Shown in pieces: positions 9,731 through 20,362 of a stretch of DNA of 64,000 nucleotides; within the stretch, counting starts at the first letter, position 1, and every line of letters starts with the position of its first letter. Source of the DNA: Azolla caroliniana (taxonomy: Eukaryota > Plantae > Polypodiophyta); assembly GCA_043228905.1 (NCBI GenBank), contig JBHGNT010000014.1:62001-126000 (forward strand). The letters are read 5' to 3'. The notes below the pieces were generated by a model that saw only the letters and a program-made list of their open reading frames with translations, did no database searches and was not told the origin of the DNA. The position numbers and the translations under genes were made by a program.

Positions 9731-12009
9731 GCTAAACCCTGTGCATTCGAGTCTCTCTCTGTGTTTTCGATTTACTGCTGCATTGATCCGTGTTTCCTCG
9801 GTTGTGGCCGAGAGGAGAAGGTTTGGAAAGCGTCATTTCCTCACATCTTGCACAAAAGCACGAAGTTGTGGCCACCAAAAGGAACGAGATACTAGCTCCA
9901 ATGTTTTTTGAATTCCAAAATGGCCAGCCATGTAGCCATCATGTCATTGCTCCAATACCCTAAGACGACCAGGTCCGTCTGTAACATATAAAAGCCCTTT
10001 GTAGGAGTAAGGTAGGAGCGTCATGACAATGCATCTGCCTTTCCTTGCAATACTTCTCGCTAATATGTAATCTTAAAATCAAACCGAGTAAGAAATTGTG
10101 CCCATCGAATTTGTCGTCTATTAAGCACTCGACCAGACTGGAAATACGTGAGGTTCTTATGATCATTATATACAATGATCTGATGAGGAGACCCTTCCAA
10201 AAAAATTCGCCATTGCTCAAAAGAATCAACAATAGCTAATAACTCTTTATCATGGATCTCATAATTAATCTCAGTTGCATTGAATTTACGTGAATGAAAA
10301 GCTATCAAATACAATTTCCCATCATGTCCTGATTGTGATAGAATACTTCCAAGTGCAAAATTTGATGCATCAGCTTCAATACCAAAAGGCTTACCAATAT
10401 CAACATGTGCTAGAATGGGTGTTGAGGTAAAGGCGAGCTTGAGTTCCATGAATGCCTTTTCTGCATCCTTTGTCCACACGAATGAATGATTTTTCTTTGT
10501 AAGTTGAATGAGGGGAAGAATGATCTTTGAGTAGTCCCTGATGAATTTACAATAAAAATTAGCAAAACCTAAAAAACATTGTACATCATGTATAGAGCTC
10601 AATGATTTCCAATCAAGGATTGTTTGGGCTTTAGCAGGATCCATAATAACACCATGTTCTAAAACTATGCAGCCTAGGAATTCCACTTGCTTGCAATCAA
10701 AATCACATTTTTCCATTTTCGCATACAAACCATATTCCCGTAATCTTTGTAGCACTTTCTTAACATGAATATCATGTTCCTCCTATGTTTTCGAATATAT
10801 CAAGATGTCATCGAGATAAATAATAACAAAGATATCCAAGAAATCTCGAAATATATCATTTGCCATATGTTGAAACACTGCAGGAGCATTGGTAAGGCCA
10901 AAAGGCATGATTGTATACTCAAAACGTCCATAGCGAGTACAGAAAGTTGTCTTCCAATCGTCCCCAGGCCGAGTTCGAACTAGATTGTATGCACCTCGTA
11001 AATCAATCTTCGTAAAAAACTTTGCTCCACTAAGCCGCTCTGAGAGACTTGATATCAAGGGTAAAGCATATCTATTACGAATTGTGACTTTGTTCAGGCC
11101 TCGATTGTCTACCACTAAACGAAGGGATCCCTATTTTTTCCTCACAAAGAAAATAGGGGCCCGAACTGGTGATCTCGAATGTCTGATGAAGCCTCATGAC
11201 AATATGATAGAATACCACCACCGCCCGGAGGCAAACACGGCCCGAAGGCGCCACATAATTGGCCCGAAAGCCTAGAACTGGTACTGGTAGTGAGTCCATA
11301 TTCGCTTGATGAATGTACATTTCCGTCAGCGGATTCGTTACCCATTCCATTAAATCCAGGTAGATTTATATTGTCTATCCATCTATTGGGATGGGTAGAC
11401 ACCAACAACTTCGGAGTCTAGCTAGCTCAACGATATGGGCAACCTCAAAACAAAAAAATACAATAAGTTTTTTTGCAGTAATGAATGTTAGAAAAATGCA
11501 ATTTTGTACCTACCCTCCTCAAATTAGTGTATTGGTTTATGCATATGATTCTAGAAGATGCACATCTAAGTAAGTAGGCACCATACCGATGAAATCAAAA
11601 GATATCTTCTCTATGTCAAAGGTTTTTCATATAGTTGCTCATTACACTCTTGATATTGGGTAGTATATCCATGCATTTGAAAATTTCAAAGGCTTTGCTA
11701 TGACTTCATAATTTGGTGAAGTTGGTTTCACCATCCTATGATTTCGTTATTCATTTATCTAAAACATGAATGTGGAAGTCAAACTATTTACTTTTTGTGT
11801 TAGTGACTCTTCTATTGTATGGTTGCTCATGATTCTACAACCAGATGTGACATGGTACTAACCATTCATGATTCTTTTTTTTGCATCATGTCCATTTGCT
11901 TAAAACAATCATGATTCATGCACATATCTACAAAATGCTAGAGGAGGAAAATTTTTCTTTTTGATGTTATGATCTATTACGGATAATCATCTTCAACCAG
12001 TTTATCAAA

Positions 12010-13100
12010 TGCCTTTGGATAGGAACTCAAGATAGCCTATTACACTATCTTAAAGGCTATGCACCTGGGCTACAACATCACATCAGGATAACTACATGCA
12101 TCTCCACCACTGGAGTGGATTTCTTAGATATCCGCCTTTTCAAAGGAGAAGATTTTCTTCGCACGAACAAGCTTTCTACTAGTTGTTATCAGAAGGAGCT
12201 CAACAGGTATCAATACCTTCCACACTCCTCCTGGCATCCTCAACATCAAAAGAAAGTGTTTATTATCGGTGAGCTGCGAAGATACGTCCTACGAGAAAGC
12301 ACCACAGAGGGCTATAAAAGAATAAGACGTCTATTATTCGAACAACTTCGCGCTAGAGGCTACCCCGATAAGTTCCTTAGATCATGTTTTAATCAGATCA
12401 CATACTCGATGAGGATATCACTGCTTCACGCACCCTCCAAGAGAAACACAATGGATAAGGGTAATCCTTTAGTTTTAAAACTGTATTTTTCTAAATACAC
12501 GAAAGCCTTAAAACTCGGTAAAACCCTTATTCGTACTATCCATGAGCTACTCAAAGATGATCCTGAGTTGTGCCATCTTCTGAAACCAATGATCTGCTGG
12601 AGAAACCCTAGGAACCTCCGTTCTTACCTAGTAAGGACAAGGTTTCCTCCAAGGGTTTAAAATACCCCGTGGATTTTCCATTTTTTAGATTTTCTCTAAA
12701 TTTTACCTTTATTGTAAAGGATACTTTAAGAGGCATCACATAAGACCCTCGAAAAGTATACCTTAAACAAGGTAAAATAACGCGTAGAAGTCTAAAAGTC
12801 ATGGAAGTCCAAGGGTTATAGCCAACAGTCAAAATTACCGTTGCCTTTTTTATTTCTCCCGCATTTTTTATTTTCTCCCGCCTATTTTCGAGACTAAAAT
12901 TTTCCCTCCACTCGCTCCTATAAAAAGGAGAGTGCGAGGGCTAATTTCTTGTATCCACAGTCTAGTGTTCCACTGAAGAGCTCACGATTAGCTGAGCAAA
13001 ACATGTATGGAGATACACTAATCCTTTGGTAATACAAGTTTTTTTTTAAATTTTATGTCTCGTTTCTTCTTAATATTGTAATTAAGTTTTATGTAATCTT
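12010..13100 (+). mobile_element. 5'-truncated Penelope-like element (PLE): RT C-terminus and thumb, 3' UTR, hammerhead-bearing pseudo-LTR
   Basis: Frame reads CLWIGT..L......IRIT...S...VDFLDI...YQKELNRYQYLPHSSWHP......GELRRY.....L.ARGYP....KPMICWRNPRNLRSYLVR, typical of PLE RT. Stop at 12660, TATA at 12919, hammerhead at 12963-13020. Confidence 0.85.
12963..13020 (+). ncRNA. Type I minimal hammerhead ribozyme (core GAAA changed to AAAA, probably inactive)
   Basis: Stem I TAGTGT-TCCA/TGGA-GAT-ACACTA, CTGAAGA 12973-12979, stem II GCTCA/TGAGC, AAAAC, palindromic stem III ACATGT, GTA cleavage triplet 13005-13007. Confidence 0.85.
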
Positions 13101-13399
13101 AATTAAGCCACACTATATCTCTCTCAATCCCTTTCTTCTCCGCTCCCGCATGCCTAATGGTGTCATCGACTTGTCTCTCATATCCTCTCACATAACAAGC
13201 TCTCAACACTCTACCTTACTTTTCGCACATCATTATGTTGCACACCATTCATTATGTTGTAAGCATGGGACTACATTCGGTAGCCATGCATTTTCCCATT
13301 TCTTATCCCTCTTTCATTGTATATGTTCGGGACTACATTTGGTAGCCGACATTATTTTGATTTTGTATCTCAAACCCTAAACTATATCACCAATCACAA

Positions 13400-13814
13400 T
13401 GCTTGTCACCCACATCCCTACATATGCACTCTCTCCTTGTTAGATTTTTCATATTTTTAACCCTACCCCTACCATTTCCCTACTTTCTTCTATTTTTAAC
13501 CCTACCCCTCCCCTACTTTCTCCTATTTTCGGCCCTACCCCTAATACTTTCTCCTAATCTCAGTCTTACCCCTTCCCCTACTTTTTCATATTTTTACTTA
13601 TACCTCTCTCCTACACTTTTATTAAAAACATAATCTTTAGATTATATTTACCCACTACCCCCGTCATCAATTTCCATATATTTTTCTTGGTTGCTCCATA
13701 TGTTTTTCTTTTCTCTCTCTCTCTCTCTCTCTCTTTCTTACTTTCATATCCTCTTTTGTCACTCTTCGTCTCTCTCTCTCTCTCTCTTCCTCTATATTTC
13801 TTACTTTTATATCC

Positions 13815-13853
<39 letters not shown>

Positions 13854-14596
13854 CTCTACCCCTCCCTTTACTTTTTATTACCACCCTACCCCTAACCTTA
13901 ACCCTCTCTAGCTCACACCAAGTGTATCAAACGGTTTGGGTGCGCTCAAATTGTTCTTGGTGAACTTTTCACTTCATCCCCACTTTGTCAATTTACCCCC
14001 TTACCCCTCCCTTACCTTCCAAAATTACCCTCCTACCCTTCCCCCTCAGTTTTTCAAATTTACCCCCTTTCCCTTCCCCCTTAGTTTTTCAAAATTACCT
14101 TTCTACCCCTCCTCCCACTTTTTCTTATTGCCACCCTACCCCTCCCCTAAACCCCCCCCTCATTTCTTAAAAACTAAACACCCTACCCCCACCCCGCCTC
14201 TCTCTAAATATTTTCCTCTCTTTTTTTCCTCTCTCACACTTAAGCTATCACTTCTCCCTCTCTTGGTTTTTCCTTTCCTATCTCAAAATCTTTTCCTATC
14301 CTATTTTATCCACCTTTCGATTTTTATTTTTCTACCCTCACCCATGTTTTACTTTTTCTTACCCTACCCCTCCCCATCCTCTTCCTAAATCTATAGCCTT
14401 CCCCCTTTTTCTTTTCCTCTTTCCCCACACTTGTCCCTCTCCCTTACCTCTCTCCTATTTCCTCTCTCTCTCTTACTTTGTTTAGTTTACACATGCATCT
14501 CTCTCCTCTCTCTACCCTCTTTCTCTCTCTTACTTTTTCTCTCGTTTTCCCACCCTTGATCCTCGTAGATCTACTCACTCCCCTTATGTCTACTCA

Positions 14597-14651
<55 letters not shown>

Positions 14652-14765
14652 CCTTTTTCCTTCCTTTCTCATCATCTCACATATTTTCCTTATTTCCCCC
14701 TCAATCTTAACTCCCCTTTGAATATTTCCCCTCATTTTACATTTCATATCCTAACTCTCTCTTTT
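13400..14765. repeat. Low-complexity pyrimidine-rich tract (CCCTACC-like motifs and (CT)n)
   Basis: G is nearly absent from the + strand; recurring CCCTACCC and TTACCCC motifs and several (CT)n runs. Confidence 0.85.
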
Positions 14766-14968
14766 CTCCTTATCTCTCGTTAACATTATAACCTCTTTTC
14801 CCTTGTACCAAAACCCCCCCTTGTCACATTAAAGCTCATAGTATCCTTTTCCTTCTTCTCCAAATCTTCCCCTTTTCAAATCATATCCATAAGCACACAC
14901 CCCCACTCCCTATTGTCATTTCTCTAAACCCTCTCCTAAAACTCCTTATATAAACCTATCCACCCCTA

Positions 14969-15027
14969 ATGGTCATTTTAGCACTGATGAGCACCGTGGT
15001 GGCCGAAACTAGTTTGCTCATGACCAT
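14969..15027 (+). ncRNA. Type I minimal hammerhead ribozyme (weakened stem II)
   Basis: Stem I ATGGTCAT-TTT-AGCA/TGCT-C-ATGACCAT, CTGATGA 14984-14990, GCACCGTGGTGGCC, GAAAC 15005-15009, palindrome ACTAGT, GTT site 15012-15014. Confidence 0.85.
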
Positions 15028-15085
15028 ATCCCCATGTAATTTCTTTTTCAATCTTAATGATAATTAGTAATAGCTTTGCTCTTAA

Positions 15086-15130
<45 letters not shown>

Positions 15131-15445
15131 ATGTTAGTAACATTTGTTTTAGTCCATTTAATTAATACTTAATGGCTAGCCCTCTCTCCCTTTCTCATTA
15201 TATTTAAGTTTTAATCCCTATAATAATTTAAGTTATCAAGGTTTAATCTCTCTCTCTCTCTCTCTCTCTCTTTTGCTCTTAATCACTCTCACTCTCTCTC
15301 TCTCTCTCTCTCTCTCTCAACATGTTAGTAACATTTGTTTTAGTCCATTTAATTAATACTTAATGGCTAGCCCTCTCTCCCTTTCTCATTATATTTAAGT
15401 TTTAATCCCTATAATAATTTAAGTTATCAAGGTTTAATCTCTCTC

Positions 15446-15494
<49 letters not shown>

Positions 15495-15576
15495 TTAATA
15501 CTTAATGGCTAGCCCTCTCTCCCTTTCTCATTATATTTAAGTTTTAATCCCTATAATAATTTAAGTTATCAAGGTT

Positions 15577-15623
<47 letters not shown>

Positions 15624-15820
15624 ATCTCTCGTTAACATTATAACCTCTTTTCCCTTGTACCAAAACCCCCCCTTGTCACATTAAAGCTCATAGTATCCTT
15701 TTCCTTCTTCTCCAAATCTTCCCCTTTTCAAATCATATCCATAAGCACACACCCCCACTCCCTATTGTCATTTCTCTAAACCCTCTCCTAAAACTCCTTA
15801 TATAAACCTATCCACCCCTA

Positions 15821-15879
15821 ATGGTCATTTTAGCACTGATGAGCCCCGTGGTGGGCGAAACTAGTTTGCTCATGACCAT
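15821..15879 (+). ncRNA. Type I minimal hammerhead ribozyme, intact core
   Basis: Same stem I as the 14969 copy, CTGATGA 15836-15842, perfect stem II GCCC/GGGC with a 6-nt loop, GAAAC 15857-15861, palindromic stem III ACTAGT, GTT site 15864-15866. Confidence 0.92.
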
Positions 15880-15943
15880 ATCCCCATGTAATTTCTTTTT
15901 CAATCTTAATGATAATTAGTAATAGCTTTGCTCTTAATCACTC

Positions 15944-15982
<39 letters not shown>

Positions 15983-16095
15983 ATGTTAGTAACATTTGTT
16001 TTAGTCCATTTAATTAATACTTAATGGCTAGCCCTCTCTCCCTTTCTCATTATATTTAAGTTTTAATCCCTATAATAATTTAAGTTATCAAGGTT

Positions 16096-16124
<29 letters not shown>

Positions 16125-16126
<2 letters not shown>

Positions 16127-17433
16127 CAAGCCGTGCACCGATGATACACCATTCGCACTCCTTGTCGACGATCGTATGATCAACAAAACCCTAAACCCTA
16201 AACCCTACCGCGTTCGTATAATAGTCCCTTGTCCTTAGTGCCGCTAACATAGCGGAGTATCCGGTGTGTGCACTAAACGTGATCTATGGTTGGCTTCTAC
16301 ATAAACTAACTTATCACACCGACCGGATAACTGATGTCGGGTTGGGTGACTGTTGAGTAGATTAGGCTTCCAACAAGCTGTCGGAATCATTTCTCATTGC
16401 AGGTCAATCTGAAGTTTGGATGTAGCTTCTTGCGGGGGGGTTGCTTGCTTCAGGTCGTAAAGCGACTTCTTGAGTCGGCACACTGTTGACTTGTTCATCT
16501 CCTACTGAAATTTGCGGGGTTGGATCATATAGACCTATTCTTCAAGGTCACCTTGAAGAAACACATTCTTCACATCCATCTGATGAAGATTTCACCCCCT
16601 TGCCACAACAACTACCAGCACCACACGAATCGTTGACTACCGGAACAAAGGTCTCGTCAAAATCGATTCTGTGTGTCTACGCATATCCTTTGGTCACTAA
16701 CCAGGCCTTATACCTTTGACCAAACTGTCGGAGTTGTACTTCACCTTATATACCCATTTGCAGCCGATCAGTTCACATTGTTGGGGAGGGTCAACTAGGT
16801 CCCATGTGTCGTTGGCATTGAGTGCCTGCATTTCTTCCTCCATAGTAGCAGGCCAATTTGTGTCTTTCGCTACTTCTTCGTAGCTCTCTAGCTCACACAC
16901 TTCCGCCACTTTTGTCATGTACACATAATGTTGCGCCATGTACTCTTTATACTCATGCCATTTTCAGGGTTCTTCTAGTGGGTAGATCGGCGAAGCTGTT
17001 GGTTCACCGATTTTTGGGCCTTCTTGGGCGACTCGAACTTCATTTCTCACAAGGCATTTTTTTGAACCGGGCCTTATACCTTTGACCAAACTGTCGGAGT
17101 TGTACTTCACCTTATATACCCATTTGCAGCCGATCAGTTCACATTGTTGGGGAGGGTCAACTAGGTCCCATGTGTCGTTGGCATTGAGTGCCTGCATTTC
17201 TTCCTCCATAGTAGCAGGCCAATTTGTGTCTTTCGCTACTTCTTCGTAGCTCTCTAGCTCACACACTTCCGCCACTTTTGTCATGTACACATAATGTTGC
17301 GCTATGTACTCTTTATACTCATGCCATTTTCAGGGTTCTTCTAGTGGGTAGATCGGCGAAGCTGTTGGTTCACCGATTTTTGGGCCTTCTTGGGCGACTC
17401 GAACTTCATTTCTCATAAGGCATTTTTTTGAAC
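16125..17433 (-). pseudogene. Copia RT relics including a 366-bp tandem duplication (16704-17433)
   Basis: 16210-16440 resembles copia-6 RT at about 59760-59950; the duplicated unit encodes [26 protein letters not shown]. Confidence 0.8.
16186..16206 (+). repeat. Interstitial plant telomeric repeat (AAACCCT)3
   Basis: Three perfect units, reverse complement of TTTAGGG. Confidence 0.85.
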
Positions 17434-17540
17434 TAAATCAGTTCGAAGTCAGTCTTAAGCCTCCTAGCTATATTTGTATATTCTTTCCACATAATATATC
17501 TTTTGTCATTATCATTCTCTCTCTCTCTCTCTCTCTCTCT

Positions 17541-20190
17541 TGGGGAATGGACACCGGAATCCGATCATAGGACTTTATGTATTGATGTCAAATGTATGCA
17601 TAGGTTTGATGGCCAAAATGTCATTGAAGATAGTAAACAAACGCACTTGAGCATGAATCTTAAGCGAGCGCCCATGTATTCCAAGATGGTTGAGGATATG
17701 TTACAAATGACAAAGACACAACATGGTGCCATGCTAGAATGCAAATGGGAAGCTTTTAAGAATGTCATTCTCTCTTGTACAAACAAATGTTTTTGGATCA
17801 ACCACACATCATGGAAATGCGCCAAGAAATGTAAGAAAAAATGGTTTGATAAAGAATGTCATGAAGCTCGAAAGTGTCTTATGGTTTTGGATGTAGTTAA
17901 GGATAAAGAAAATTACCAAAAGGATTTGTATGACTATAAAAGGCTTATTCAAAGAAAGAGACAAATATGGGAAGTTACTCAACAACTTCTCCAAACGCAA
18001 GAGAAAGCACATGCATGTGCTAAATTTTGGGGAAATATAAAGGGGAAACATGTTGAGAGTTATGGTGACTTAACTCTTCATGATTTGTCTATGCATTGTA
18101 AGAATTTATATGAGTTATCTCTTGTCGGAAAGATGATGTGTTATGGTTCTCTTTCACATATGTCTCCCTTCTTTACAATTGAAGATATATGCATAGGACT
18201 TAAGAAATTGGCCTCTCAAAAGGCAAGCGATCTTCAATGTATAAAAGCTTAAATGCTCAAATGGACGGGAAAGGAAGCACATATATGGATATGCGATATG
18301 TTTAATGATGCATTGCAACATGGTATGCCATATGATTGGACTACAAATTGGATCAAACCTTTGCATAAAGGCGGAGATGTAAATAATGTAAACGACTATC
18401 GAACCATCATGGTTGGCTCATTAATGGCAAAACTATTTGGATGTATAATGGAATCAAAGATAAGTGTATGGGCAGAAAAAAATGGTAAGAGAGCTTATGG
18501 ACAAGCTGGCTTTCGAAAACACCATAGCACAGTTGATCATCTTGTCACTCTTCGAGTATTAATGGAGGAAAGTCACCTTAAAGGTAAAGGTTTATATTGT
18601 TGCTTTGTAGACTTCAAGAAAGCTTTTGATATGGTACCTCGTGAGCATTTATGGAGGCGAATGGAAGAACTTGAGGTGCCAAGTGAATATATGCTTGCAA
18701 TTTCCCGAATATATGAGAAGGTTATATGTTGTGTGCGTATGAGAGATAGACTTTCAGATTTTCTCAATAGCACTTTTGGTGTTAAGCAAGGATGCCCACT
18801 CTCACCAACATTATTTGGTTTATGCATTGATGAATTAGAAGAAATGGTTACCAAGTTTTTAAAGGAAGAATGTGTTAAAGAAGTTGCCATTGGGAATGTT
18901 GTGATTATGCTTTTGTTATATGTGAATGATGTAGTGCTTTTTGCAAATACTTTAGGAGATGCACAAAAGCTTATGAAGGCATTGGAAAAATTTTGCATGC
19001 ATACTAAATTAAGTGTCAATAGCTCTAAAACAAAGATTATGCTTGTGAAGAGTAAAAAAAGAGATAAACCTTGCATTATGTACAACAATGAGCCACTTGA
19101 ATGTGTGGAAAGCTTCAAGTATCTTGGCCTTGAAGTTCCTTCAAATCATAGATGGAATGAATGTGCTACACACCGCTTAGAGGCGGGTAAGTGAGCATAT
19201 TATGCATTTGAGAACACATGCAATCTTGGAGATATTAAGTGTTGGGTCCTAAAGAAATATCTTTTCGACACTTTGGTGACCCTGGTTCTTCTCTATGGGG
19301 TAGAAGTATGGGGTAGTAGCATCCCTAAATCTATGCGGAAAGAGTTTGAAAATGTACAAAAACATTTTCTTACAAAATTTCTACAAGTTAAGAAACAAAC
19401 GCCCTACACCCTCCTCCTCCTTGAGACGGGATCGCTTCCCATTGAGATCATGGCCATGGAAAGGGTTGTTGAATACATGCTTAAGGTTCAAAAAAGCCCC
19501 TCACAACGACTTCCTAGAATTGCATGGGAAGCAAGCAAAAAGATCCAAAAGATGCATTAAAGCAAAATTTTGTGTTCCAATTGGATGCAAGATTTAGAAA
19601 AATGGCTTGGTAGATGGGATGCAAGACACTTGCTTCATGATGTGTCACTAGATTCCTCTGTAAATGAGGCCTTTTTGCAACTCCAATGTATCATGAAATG
19701 GGACAAATGTGGTGGCTCACGCTTCACACATTATACTACAAATGTTGCACCTAACTACAAAACCATATTCTTCGCAGAACGGGGAGCCCATTCTGATATC
19801 TGCCATTCGAACCATTGCTTCCATGCGACTTAGCTCGCATGCATTGAGATGTGAGACGGGGCGTTGGGGCACAAGTGATGAGAGTGACCGACTATGCACA
19901 CTTTGCCCTAACCAAGTTCGAGAGTTTGAGTATCACACTTTGATACAATGCTCTACCTTTGATCATATTTGAGCATGCTTTCCACATCTCTTCGACCAAG
20001 CCCAATCCTTGCACGAATTTCTCTCACAACCACGATGTGCACTCTCGATTGCAACATTCATTGGTAAAGTTCTTGAACATCGAGAGTCGCTACTCACCTT
20101 CACACGTATGACGTGAAATGTAATATTTTTGGTCTCATAGGTCATATTTGACCTCCGAAGACGATAATATAATCTATCTATCTATCTATC
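17541..20190 (+). mobile_element. Degenerate RTE-like LINE, 5'-truncated, with (ATCT)n tail
   Basis: RT motifs QAGFR, FVDFKKAFD, GVKQGCPLSP, YVND (mutated YADD) and KYLG; C-terminal CETGRW..RLCTLC..EYH; in-frame stops at 18252, 19194 and 19560; 3' stem-loop at 20132-20162 followed by ATCT repeats. Confidence 0.92.
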
Positions 20191-20362
20191 TTCTTCCTTC
20201 TCTTGAGTGTTTTACAACCTCTTTCCTCTTAGTACTAATTTCCTCTCTGTGTCAATACTATTCTTGACAGTTACGAGTTGGATCAAAGACGAATGGGGCC
20301 GGACAAGAAAACATCTATAACATAATTAATGGAAGTAGTAGTGGTTCATGTCCAGACGTAAC

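Larger units (their letters stand above)
1832..9845 (+). mobile_element. Full-length Ty1/copia element (copia-1) with a LINE inserted in its 3' LTR
   Basis: 5' LTR 1832-2466 (TG..CA), tRNAiMet PBS TGGTATCAGAGC 2470-2481, PPT 6570-6579, 3' LTR 6582-6957 plus 9586-9845, 5-bp TSD TCTTG at 1827-1831 and 9846-9850. Confidence 0.97.
514..11201 (-). mobile_element. Degenerate Ty3/gypsy chromovirus (Tcn1-like), interrupted by a copia element; gag, protease and most of the 5' LTR deleted
   Basis: RT ([17 protein letters not shown]; 10783-11190), RNase H (DAS, NYEIHDKELLAIV, DHKNL; 10060-10755), integrase zinc finger split by the copia at 1832-9845, integrase core (SDQG, HPQTDGQAER; 1310-1699) and chromodomain (about 1090-1230). 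PPT at 992-1004 precedes the LTR at 514-991. Possible TSD ATAT at 510-513 and 11202-11205. Confidence 0.85.
14769..16126 (+). repeat. Direct repeat with 852-nt period (about 500-bp copies starting at 14769 and 15621, two partial sub-repeats between), each copy with a hammerhead
   Basis: Near-identical blocks starting CTTATCTCTCGTTAAC at 14769 and 15621; the 3' module CCATTTAATTAATAC...GGTTTAATCTCTC is present four times. Confidence 0.92.

Noticed and set aside
13403-14783. Leu/Pro/Ser/Phe-rich ORFs
   Set aside because: Artefacts of C/T low complexity, where stop codons are rare.
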